A stretch of 63,442 nt of DNA, filler included, from Octopus bimaculoides (taxonomy: Eukaryota): the NCBI RefSeq assembly GCF_001194135.2. It is 5 parts of 4 records of this genome, joined end to end, with 100 filler letters (N's around TTAATTAATTAA, not from the genome) between each part and the next. Parts side by side here need not be neighbours in the genome. Positions count along the whole stretch, not along the records: positions 48,797 to 62,321 come from NC_068983.1; positions 62,422 to 63,442 come from NC_068992.1; 3 more parts are not named here. One strand, written 5' to 3'. Shown piece by piece: positions 54,047 through 63,442 of this stretch. The first letter of the stretch is position 1; every line of letters starts with the position of its first letter. The notes beneath the pieces were generated by a model. That model saw only the letters and a program-made list of their open reading frames with translations, made no database searches and was not told the origin of the DNA. Both the position numbers and the translations under genes were made by a program.

Positions 54047-54802
54047 TTACCTCCGCCAAAAAAAGGAGGTTATGTTTTCATCGGCGTTGGTTTGTCCGTC
54101 TGCCCGTCTGTGTGCAAAATAACTCAAAAAGTTGTAAATGGTATTCAATGAAACTTGCAGAAAAAGTTGGTAATGACAAAAGGAACAGATGATGAAATTT
54201 CGGTAGTGATCCTGAAATTTTTATGGTTTCTTAAGGATTTTCATTTGTTATATTTACTTCACATGAAGTATTACAATGTTACGTTCTTTGATTATCTCCC
54301 TTGAAACCACGTTCTTGGTTTTCACGTAACCTATGGTGGTGTTGCAGTTTTCAAAGTTTTATTTTCATTTCTCTATTAGTAATTTTACCCGCGTATCTAT
54401 CTTACTAGACACTGATGGATAAAGAGATCAAACAACATAAACAAACGGCAGCGAAATAGTTCAGAAATTAAATGATACTAACACATTCAAGGATTGCTAA
54501 AAGCAGCAGCAGAGGAGGAGGCAGTGGTAGCAACAACTGATGCTGGATCCTTGAGGGATGATTGTTACTATACTGACCACAGTGGGGATGTAAACTAGGT
54601 AGGTAGGTTTAGTGTGGTAAGGATAGGGTTAGAGTATTTTTTAAAAATCATATGGCTGTATTAATTTTTTTACCTCCTGTCAAGGAGGTTATGTTTTTGC
54701 CGGCGTTGGTTTGAAAAATTGGGCGATTTTCAGCATGCGTGTATATGGGTTGAAATGAGCTGCTTGGTGGAGGTCTGCGCTCTCCGAGTGCTTGTCTAGT
54801 TT
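54047..54802 (+). mobile_element. Non-autonomous Helentron/Helitron2-like element(s) (HINE type)
   Basis: 5' ttacctccgcca..ggaggttatgtttt occurs at 54047 and 54670. 3' subterminal inverted repeat cttggtggagg, hairpin gcgctc-tcc-gagtgc, end ctagtt. Confidence 0.75.
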
Positions 54803-55102
54803 ATCATAAAGCGATTGTTTCGGAATCTTACAAACCACCAAGACGGAAGACCGGACTGAAGATGCGCGCAGAGGACGAGCTTAATTACCGAGGCAGTCTA
54901 CCTTTTCGAGAATATTTTTGTGTTTGGTACAAAAGATATGAAGCTTCACACACATAGTTGTAATATATTTATGTAATATATTTACGTTAACGTATGCATA
55001 TATACGTATGTGTACCTGTACACTTATATCTATATGCACATGTACGTTCTCATTTACAGATAGATATATGCATACAGACCTATGTATACAAATACACCCA
55101 CA

Positions 55103-55144
<42 letters not shown>

Positions 55145-55179
55145 GCATTTATTCTTACATATATACATACATAAACAAT

Positions 55180-56450
55180 TTGGCACTGTTGATTTGTAGC
55201 CATATATCTCAAAATCCTTACTCCGAAAATTTTCAGATTCCGAACAGAGTTATAGAGTCTTGTAGTTAGAAATATTACTGAAGTAATAATTCATGAGAAA
55301 AAAAACAAAAAAAAAAGTTGCTCTTCGATAGTGGGTGAACACGGTTCAAGAGATCCTACATAGGTGAATCTCTCGATGTATGCCTGTGCTCATTTGATAG
55401 GGTTTGTATTCCTATTGATTCATACACCTTAGGTCGTCTTATGAGTCAATTTAAGTCAATTAATTTCCTTATTTATCGTGTCGAAGGTCTTGCTGTACTG
55501 AAAATGGTAACAGACACACACATGTGATCCATTTGTTCAGTATTTGTTGCTTTGGTAACTGCTAGGGTTAACAATCGCCATATCAACCAATATTTTCGTA
55601 AGTAACCCGTTAGATGTTGTCCTGAATCTTAGCAGTGGTTTAATGAAAATATGTAAATAACCAACTACAATATATTATAAATCTATATATGATTATACAA
55701 CCTGTCCATGGTATTCAATAATTTGGGAATATCAAACCTGTCTACACATGAATATATTTTGTTCGGAATGTCTCCTGTTAGATTGTGGCATTACAATGGA
55801 TCAAAGAATACGGTAATGTATATTTGAAACAGCATTACTACCTGCTTTAGACCCTCTATAGAAAGAATTTAACGTTTTGCTTTTTAAATCTTCTCCCTCG
55901 ACGTAGACACCACCAGGTAAACTCATTCTAAACTTATTAGATATCCTTCTTAAGCAAAAACAGACGCTTCTTCACTAGGCATGCACAAGCGCAACCACAT
56001 TGTACCTCAAAAGTGAAAAATCTCATATTACACAGACCCACAATCGCACCAGAGGTAAGCGTTACTTGCATTTGCTCCATGAAAAGTTCCTACAGTACCA
56101 AAGCTCCTATCTGCCAAATAAATGTCTAATAATACTCTGTTTCTATTTGGTAGATGGTTAATTTTCAATTAAGAAATCAGCATGATTTCCGGAATGACCA
56201 AAAGAAAATTTAAATCAAGATACTATAATCACGTATTCAACTTCAGGAACATCGAAGTACAACACTCAACATCTCCATTTACAATTAAAGACTAAAACTA
56301 TGTAGAAATGCTAGCAAAACTGCAATTTATACACTACTGAGTAAAATGTTAATATTAAAAAATCCGAGCAAACTAGATGTTTATCTGGACTACAAATCAG
56401 AAATGCTAAGAAAATGCAATATGTACGCAAATTCATTCCGTTTCTCTTTA
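55180..56450 (+). pseudogene. Decayed Penelope-like element ORF (RT + GIY-YIG)
   Basis: Ordered motifs LDVCLCSFD, YRVEGLAVLK (cf. YRDDGLAVLK), LDVVLNLSSG, ISNLSTHE, GKLILNLLD, NKCL and FKSRYYNH. Multiple stops. Confidence 0.8.
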
Positions 56451-57098
56451 CATTTGCTTCAGTACAGGCTATTTCGTAAGACATGAGTGAATGAGAGTGG
56501 AGGATGAAATCTAGCTATTAACTAAAAGGCTTCTCATTTACACATATAGTATACATAACTTTCATTATATAAGACCCAGTTAATAGTTTGTTATGTCTTA
56601 CGCTGAACATTTATCTAAATGAGACAGAAAGACCTTCGACTAAAGAGAGCTGACAATTTCATCTGAACTTTCTGTCATATTATCTGTTTTAACATCATGA
56701 GAAATCATTCAAAGTCAACGAGTATAAACCTTTGGGAGATAATTTTGCCACAATATATAACTAAAGTTGTTATGAATTACACCATCAACTACGACTTATC
56801 AAGTGAGGTCAAAAAATAACGACCGACAGTTTATAAATGTATGAAAATACACGGGAAAAAGTTATGTTTATGTAGGCATACATTAAAGTTGAAAGACCTC
56901 TGAATTCTCCTGAGTATTCAGTCATCAGAAAACAGAATTGTTTTTTCGCACTCAATGAATGAATTATAATATTTTAGAAAAGTTATATTGATGAAAAGAA
57001 TTGCTACATTTCCTTGCAAATTAACTTATAATACAGGAGCAGTTTTTAGTGAAGCTACTCTCATTTCTATTGTAAACGCATAAACATACACAGAGACT

Positions 57099-57161
<63 letters not shown>

Positions 57162-58254
57162 GTACAAGCATACATACATACATGCATACATACATACACA
57201 CACATATATCTCGAATAAAAAAATATGAAGATTGATTTCTTGGGTGCTTAATGTCGTGTCTGTCTTATAAATATTATTTATGAGACAAGAAGTTTTACAG
57301 TTATCATAAAGCTGTCAGAATCGTTCTTGTTCCTGCTACTTACTAGTTTTCATTATCTTTCTGATTAAACTTCAGATTACTGTTAAAGGTCATTCAGACC
57401 AGGCACAATACTAACATTTATGAAAGTAAATGTGATGTTAAAATGTTTGTGTCTCTCTAAAAATGATTAGCATATAAAATCAGATGAAATATCTTCCTCG
57501 TAATGAAATAAAACTAACGAAAACAGAAATGCGTACTGGATTTTCCAGAGTGGCAAGTCTACAGCAATTGTAGAGAAAGATGTGTAAGATAGAACAAAAG
57601 AACGCGTTATGTGAAATTGTAAAATAAGAATACAGATCACAAACGAATATCCAGCGGATTTAAGATAATGTGTTTTTGCAATTAATAAAAGAAACTGAAT
57701 CGGAGAGCAATAATTATATGCATAATAATATGATAGACTTGAATGAAATCTGCAAAGGGTTATGCAATAAATTTTAAGTAACATTTGAATAAAAATCTTT
57801 AAGAGTATAATGTTAAAAATAATCTACAACATGGTTGTTATACGAATTCGAAAGCGAACCTTTTTCATCATCATAATTGGGTCAAATGTTTGAAATGAGA
57901 ATTGAGAAGCAATAATGATATAAATTAATATTAAACATGTGTGAAATATTTAAGAAAAAATAACTATGCATTCCATGATAGATGTGAATATAACCAACGA
58001 AAAAAACATGTATAAAAGACAGTGTTCATGATCATCGATTATGTCAAATGTGTGGCTGCCAGAAATTCTGTATAAATATTTATAGCAAAGTGAGAGCATC
58101 TTGCAGTGGGGCCATGACAACCTTATTTCTTTTAACTGACCCTGCCACCAAAGAACCACGGTACCAGTCATATCAATGAAACATCACCACACTACATCTT
58201 ACTAAGCAAGTGGCACTCAGGTAGAGATCTCATGGCTACTTTAAATGCTAGACT

Positions 58255-58790
58255 TCATTATCACTAAGGATCTATCTCAGCGAAAGCGCATCATTAGCAC
58301 AACGAGAACCACATACAAAAGATTGCCTCTTCTCTAGACGGCCAGAAAATATTTCAAATCTTAGCATTTGCCGACTCTCTACAAGGCTCACGCTGAAATA
58401 TTGTTCGCACATCTGGGACTGTGTTATTCCTACGCTCAAGTGTATCCTGAGCTTCATCCACGGAGCTGTCTCTCTACTAAGTGGAACTCAATCCTCCTGA
58501 ACATGGTCCAGCCTCAGGCCTGTTTCGTCTCTTTGTTTATTTTGTCTCTACTTCCGTTGCCTCTGTTCCTCGGACCTGGTCTCGTACCTCCATCACTCAG
58601 GTACTCCACCCCACTTGTATTTCCACCTCATATTTGGTGCTTTTAACTACCTTAACTCCGCAGTAACCACTGTGCTCAGCCCTCTCTTCCCAGAATACCG
58701 GCCATCTGGTATCTTCTCCCTGTCCATGTATATCTAGCTGGTGTTGACCAAGAACAGTTTGAGTGTAAGATTCATAACATTAAGTTCACC
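58255..58790 (+). pseudogene. Decayed CR1/L2-clade LINE 3' end
   Basis: TLYKAH, KYCSHIWD and PAIWYLLPVHVY...FECKIHNI resemble the CR1/L2 ORF2 C-terminus. Confidence 0.7.
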
Positions 58791-58859
58791 TATGTAAGTG
58801 TTAGAAATTTTGAAAATTCTATGGAAATATCACTATGTTGAGTAAAGAGCCGTCTTAAA

Positions 58860-59649
58860 ACACCTCAAATATGAACGCACATATGCAACAAGGAATCCAG
58901 TACCTTTCAAAGGCAATGACACCAAAAGTCTTAACTGGTCTACACTTATGCAAAAGAAAGAAAAACTTTGGTCATCAATAATATAGTCAGACGAAAGTAA
59001 ATTCTTCTGCCAATTTTCCAGTTCATGGTGCAAAGAAATTGAAACATGGGAACCAGATTGTTTGCAAGCAACATTTAAATATAGAAGAGATGAAGCTATC
59101 TTATGAGGAACTGTTTGAGTAATAAGCAAATAAGAGAAAACTTTTTATGAAAAACATTTAAATATCGAAAGTTAGAGAAAAATATTTGAAAAAATCTATT
59201 AAACCTCTATTCCAGTGTAAGATCTGGTAAACAAAACACACTTTTCAAGAATCTGGAATTCTTTTCAGAGCAAGCGAGATATCACAAACATTAGAGAAAA
59301 AAAAACTAAGAAGCAAATTTCTGAAATGGGTTTCTCAAAGCCCAATCTTAATTAATACATTATAGGAACATCCTGATTGAAAATGTGCAAGCAAGGTCGA
59401 AAATGAAATCAATTACTGAGCTCAAAGAAACATTGACCGAAGAGTGAAGAAACGCAGATCACTGACTCCTTGATAATTTAATAAAATCCGTAGCTAAGAG
59501 GGAGAACGTCGTGATATTGACTGAAAAAGGACCCCCAAAATGCTGAGACAAATAAATATAAATTCATCTTTCAAATATTTCAGGAAGTTCTTTCAAGTTT
59601 AATTGCAATATTAATTATACTGGCTATATACATTTATTGGAGGACACTG
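58860..59649 (+). pseudogene. Decayed Tc1-family transposase with right terminus
   Basis: WSSII*SDESKF, EPDCLQATFKY, LKWVSQSP and ELKETLTEE*...LLDNLIKSVAKR...KGPPKC*. Ends gaggacactg followed by TA. Confidence 0.8.
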
Positions 59650-60129
59650 TATATTTTCAAATCTGACACTTATTTCAACTTGTTTTGCTTAAAAGATGGA
59701 TCTCTTATACATAAGTGATGTACAGAATAGCATTTACTAAAAAGCCCTGCTGAAGTGACCAGAAATCAAAAGATTCTCCTCAGATAATTCAAGCACATGT
59801 CATTCAACCTTAGGCACACTACACACTAGCTGATTCTTAACAGCGTGTCTAAATCAGTGTTGTTATCACCGCCATAGCAAAGCTGGAATGGAAGAACAAA
59901 CATGCAAACAATTTCTCTCTTTACCTTCTCAGAATATTCAAATAGTTACAAAATCATACACATCATACATACACCTCAATACTAGCAATTCTCCTTCAAA
60001 TATTGATTTTGCTCTGACTGGTTGCGTAGCTTTCTAGCGTATACTGTTATTGTTAAATACTGAAAAAAGAAACAAAGCGAAGAACGAAACTTATATTTCC
60101 TGTTTTCTTCAATATATTTTCTTTTTTAG

Positions 60130-60278
60130 AAACAATCTCTAATATGCTGCATATTTGAAAGTAAAAATAGTCAAGAAAAAGCTGTCCCCTTATTGCCCGA
60201 TCTGCCTCTGGTAAACCAAGCTAAAACAGCCCTTCAGCAGATGGAAAATGTAAATTTATTTAAATCCTGTGATTCCAG
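60130..60278 (+). CDS. Candidate coding exon, unknown product
   Basis: Long pyrimidine tract ending cttttttag; donor CAG|GTAAAT; 149 nt with a single open frame, KQSLICCIFESKNSQEKAVPLLPDLPLVNQAKTALQQMENVNLFKSCDS. Lies in unique AT-rich flanks. Confidence 0.4.
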
Positions 60279-60853
60279 GTAAATATATTGAATATGATAT
60301 ATATTCTAATTTACGCTTTTCATTCATTTAATTTTCTCTTGTTCATGCTACATATTTAACTAGCTAATTTCTTTGCTTCATTTTATCATGTTAATTCTAT
60401 ATTTCCAAACAAACTGCCAGTTAAACCTGTAATAGTAAGAGCTAACTTGAGGCAATAAAAGTTTAATTTCACAGCTCTAAAGAATAATATCAAGACGATT
60501 AAGGACTGATATTTTGTATTCTCAGCAAAGGAGTTACATAGAAATATACTAAATAAATCATACACATGTAAATAAATACAATAGGATTATTTTATAGTCT
60601 GTGTGTTCAATAACTAAATTGGCAGACAGAGATATGTGTATAATTCACGAACGGACTGAAGATACCTATAAGATTTCAGTTTTAACCGCTCAGAACTGTG
60701 TTTCATGGAAATCATAATAATAATTCAGCTTGATACCAGACATTTCATATTCTTCAAATTATTTTCCATCACACATACATAGTGCAGCTGATAAAGTTTT
60801 CCCCCGTTAGTTCATAATTGTACGCTAAAAGGATTTCAGAAAGGTTTTATATA

Positions 60854-61665
60854 CGTGATCTGATCAATAAGTATCCAGACTGTTGGCATAATCACGAAGC
60901 TAAAGCATGCAGAGTGAAGCTTCTTGGCACAGATTCATCTTGAACACTGCTGTGCATGCGCACTAAGTTTTAACGTTCTAGCTCACTTCTGCTGTTAACA
61001 GCAATGCTTGTGTAGAACGTGTGTAGAACGTGTGTAGCGTGTGATCGTTGCATTGACCAAGACAGAGAAAGAGAAGCAAAGAATATGCATCGAATTTTGC
61101 CAAAAGATATCGGCTCAGAGGCCTACGTAAAGTTTTCAAAAACTTTACATCGTTCTCGACACAATCGAGATCTTGTGCAACTGAAACCAGAGTGTCTTCT
61201 TGCTCAGCTGAAAACATTTTTGGCACAAACTTGGCAGACACGTGTCTCATACCCAAATCTTCGATGATAATAGACTGAACTGAACCGTAACTAATCTGTA
61301 CATCCTCTGATAACTCACGGATAGTGATTCGACGATATCCCCTCACAGCTGCATGCACATCTGCGATGTTTTTTCTGTTCTGCTGGTTTCTGGTCTCCCA
61401 GAACGTTCATCAATATCAACATTTTTTCGGCCATTTTGAAAACGTCTGACCCACTCATACACTCATGTGCCGTTCATACACTCCTATCCATATGCTTTCT
61501 GCAAATTCGCGCAGGCCTCTGAGCAAGTATCGTCATGCCAACTTTCTCTGTCATTGTCAATGCGACGATCACACGCTACACACGTTCTTTCCAAGCAGTG
61601 CTGTAAACAACGGAAGTGAGCTTTAACGTTAAAACTTAATGTGCATGCACAACAGAGTTTAAGAT
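60854..61665. mobile_element. Mariner relic made of two inverted 5' halves
   Basis: TA followed by a TIR-like cgtgatctgatcaataagtatccagactg on +. The minus strand encodes the mariner HTH RRITIRELSEDVQISYGSVQSIIIEDLGMRHVSAKFVPK. Confidence 0.88.
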
Positions 61666-61711
61666 CAAAATTGTAAAAATAAAAAAAATACAATAATGAA
61701 AACTTTTGTAT

Positions 61712-62045
61712 ATTTAAAAAAAAAAAGTTTTACAATTTTGAAGTGTGTTAAACACTAAAACATATTTTGTAATGTTCATAAAGTTCAATTTTTGGAATAC
61801 AGTTAAAATATTGGTGAAAACTGTTTTCCAAAAAATCAGCTTGTTGGAGCCGTCTAAGAGTTATAAAAAGGAAGAAGTCAGCCATTTTACTACAGTTGTC
61901 AAGAACACAACTGTCAGTTAAATACATTTTGAAATCTGATGACTACTACGAAAGTTTGGAAGCGCTAATTGAAGCTTATGAATGTTATAAAATTTTTTTT
62001 TTCATGTTTAACACACTTCAACATTGTAAAAGAATTTTTTTAAAT
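61712..62045. repeat. Imperfect ~80-bp inverted repeats around a ~175-bp spacer (MITE/foldback-like)
   Basis: 61712-61790 versus 61967-62045 share ttttacaat..tgaagtgtgttaaaca...ttcataa..ttcaatt in inverted orientation. Confidence 0.75.
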
Positions 62046-62140
62046 GCAATAATAAAAAAACGTGAAAACTAGACCATGATTTAACTTTATTCAACTGATA
62101 TATTATTCTATACATATTTACACAAATTCGGAATATATAT

Positions 62141-62321
62141 ATATATATATAAGCAATGTTAATTCTCTAAACGAGGTATTAACAGTAACTGCACGATAGA
62201 GTGAAGTATATTGCCACTTAAATGTGGCTGACCCTAGGAGTGGATGTTACTGTTGCTTTTAGCCCCAGGAGGACATCTCCTCCAGCTGGCTTATCGACAC
62301 ACTTCTGTGTCCTGTCTGTTT
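62141..62321. repeat. Second copy of the (TA)n-associated dispersed repeat
   Basis: Reverse complement of ~1087-1263; starts immediately after (TA)n; cut by the join. Confidence 0.85.
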
Positions 62322-62421
62322 NNNNNNNNNNNNNNNNNNNNNNNNNNNNNNNNNNNNNNNNNNNNTTAATTAATTAANNNNNNNNNNNNNNNNNNNNNNN
62401 NNNNNNNNNNNNNNNNNNNNN
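62322..62421. other. Artificial assembly join (44N-TTAATTAATTAA-44N)
   Basis: Same 100-bp linker. Confidence 0.95.
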
Positions 62422-63442
62422 ACCATATTTCTATGTTTTTCTATCAGAAGAATAAGCCTCCATCGTCTCAAAAAGTTAATGAAGTGAAAAAAATCCATTA
62501 AGACATTCTCAGCTATTTGGGAAGGAAGTTGAGAATCTCGTTAGTGCTACTTCTGCCTGTTAAACTACTGTTGTTGCTGTTGTTGTTGTTATTGTTAATG
62601 ATGATGATGATGACGGTAGAAGTGGTGGTGGTGGTGACGATGACGGTGGAAGTGATGGTGGTGGTGGTAACGATGATGCAGTAGAAAAAATGGCTGTGGT
62701 TGAAAATGATCATTATTTGCATGTGATGGATGTTGTTTTCGTTCTTGCTTTTGTTGTTGATGATGATGATGAGAAGGAGAAAGGTGGAGGAGAAGGAACA
62801 GGCGGTGGACGATGACGTTGACGACAATGATGACGGCAAATACGTTAACGTTGACGTCGAGGACGAAGACGACGACAACGACGACGAAGACGACGATGAT
62901 GATAAACAGCAAAGATGGAGATGATGTCGACGATGTTGATGTTTGTGATGTGGTGAAAACGTTAGACAAACATTTAACCATATTCGAGTGAGCACTCGCA
63001 ACAGCCGACCAAGCGTGAGATTAAGGTGTGAAGAAAAGGGCGCAGCAGCGCAGCATCGTGAAGATCTGCGATGGCAGCCATTAATCCGCTCTGCTTGCCA
63101 CCGCAGGTGAAATTCAACCGAAAAATCTAGAAGATGGTTTCACAGTTCATTTCTCCCATGCTCACACACTAGACCGCACTATATGCTCATATAACACGCT
63201 ACACGTTCAAACAACTAAAAAGGAGACCACATAAGGCATAATGAAGATTGAGCAATGTGGAAAAAAATAATAATAAATATACGTGTTTAAAATTAACCAA
63301 TCGCATTAGATCATTACACCAGTCGTTATTGTTATCGTATTTCATGCATGTATGTATGTATGTATGTATGTATGTATGTATGTATGTATGTACGTATGTA
63401 CGTACATACGTATGTATGTATGTATGTATGTATGTATGTATG

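Noticed and set aside
61936-61960. CTGATGA...GAAA as another hammerhead
   Set aside because: No stem II or stem I pairing.
62730-62924. Acidic Asp-rich ORF with a hydrophobic N-terminus
   Set aside because: Reading of a GAT/GAC repeat tract with a non-ATG (TTG) start.

Overview
Repeat-dominated, AT-rich eukaryotic draft-assembly sequence. The SINE repertoire, microsatellite load and composition point to a coleoid cephalopod, most likely Octopus (inferred, not searched). There are many N gaps. Four artificial 100-bp joins (44 N + TTAATTAATTAA + 44 N) split the window into five segments whose adjacency is not shown by the sequence. I cannot name any protein-coding gene. Nearly all long ORFs in the track are N-gap or microsatellite artefacts. 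What can be supported: (i) four tRNA-derived SINE types, here called A, A2, B and C, several with target-site duplications; (ii) decayed mariner, Tc1, CR1/L2, Penelope-like, Helentron-like and hAT relics; (iii) several clean inverted repeats; (iv) a degenerate ~80-bp tandem array; (v) a few isolated exon-like segments. The most interesting structure is at 48.80-49.16 kb: a palindromic head-to-head pair of tRNA-like Pol III heads, a short microsatellite, and then Penelope-type hammerhead-ribozyme motifs. Also notable are SINE-B tandem arrays with a fixed tail-1 then tail-2 order, which suggests self-targeted nesting.
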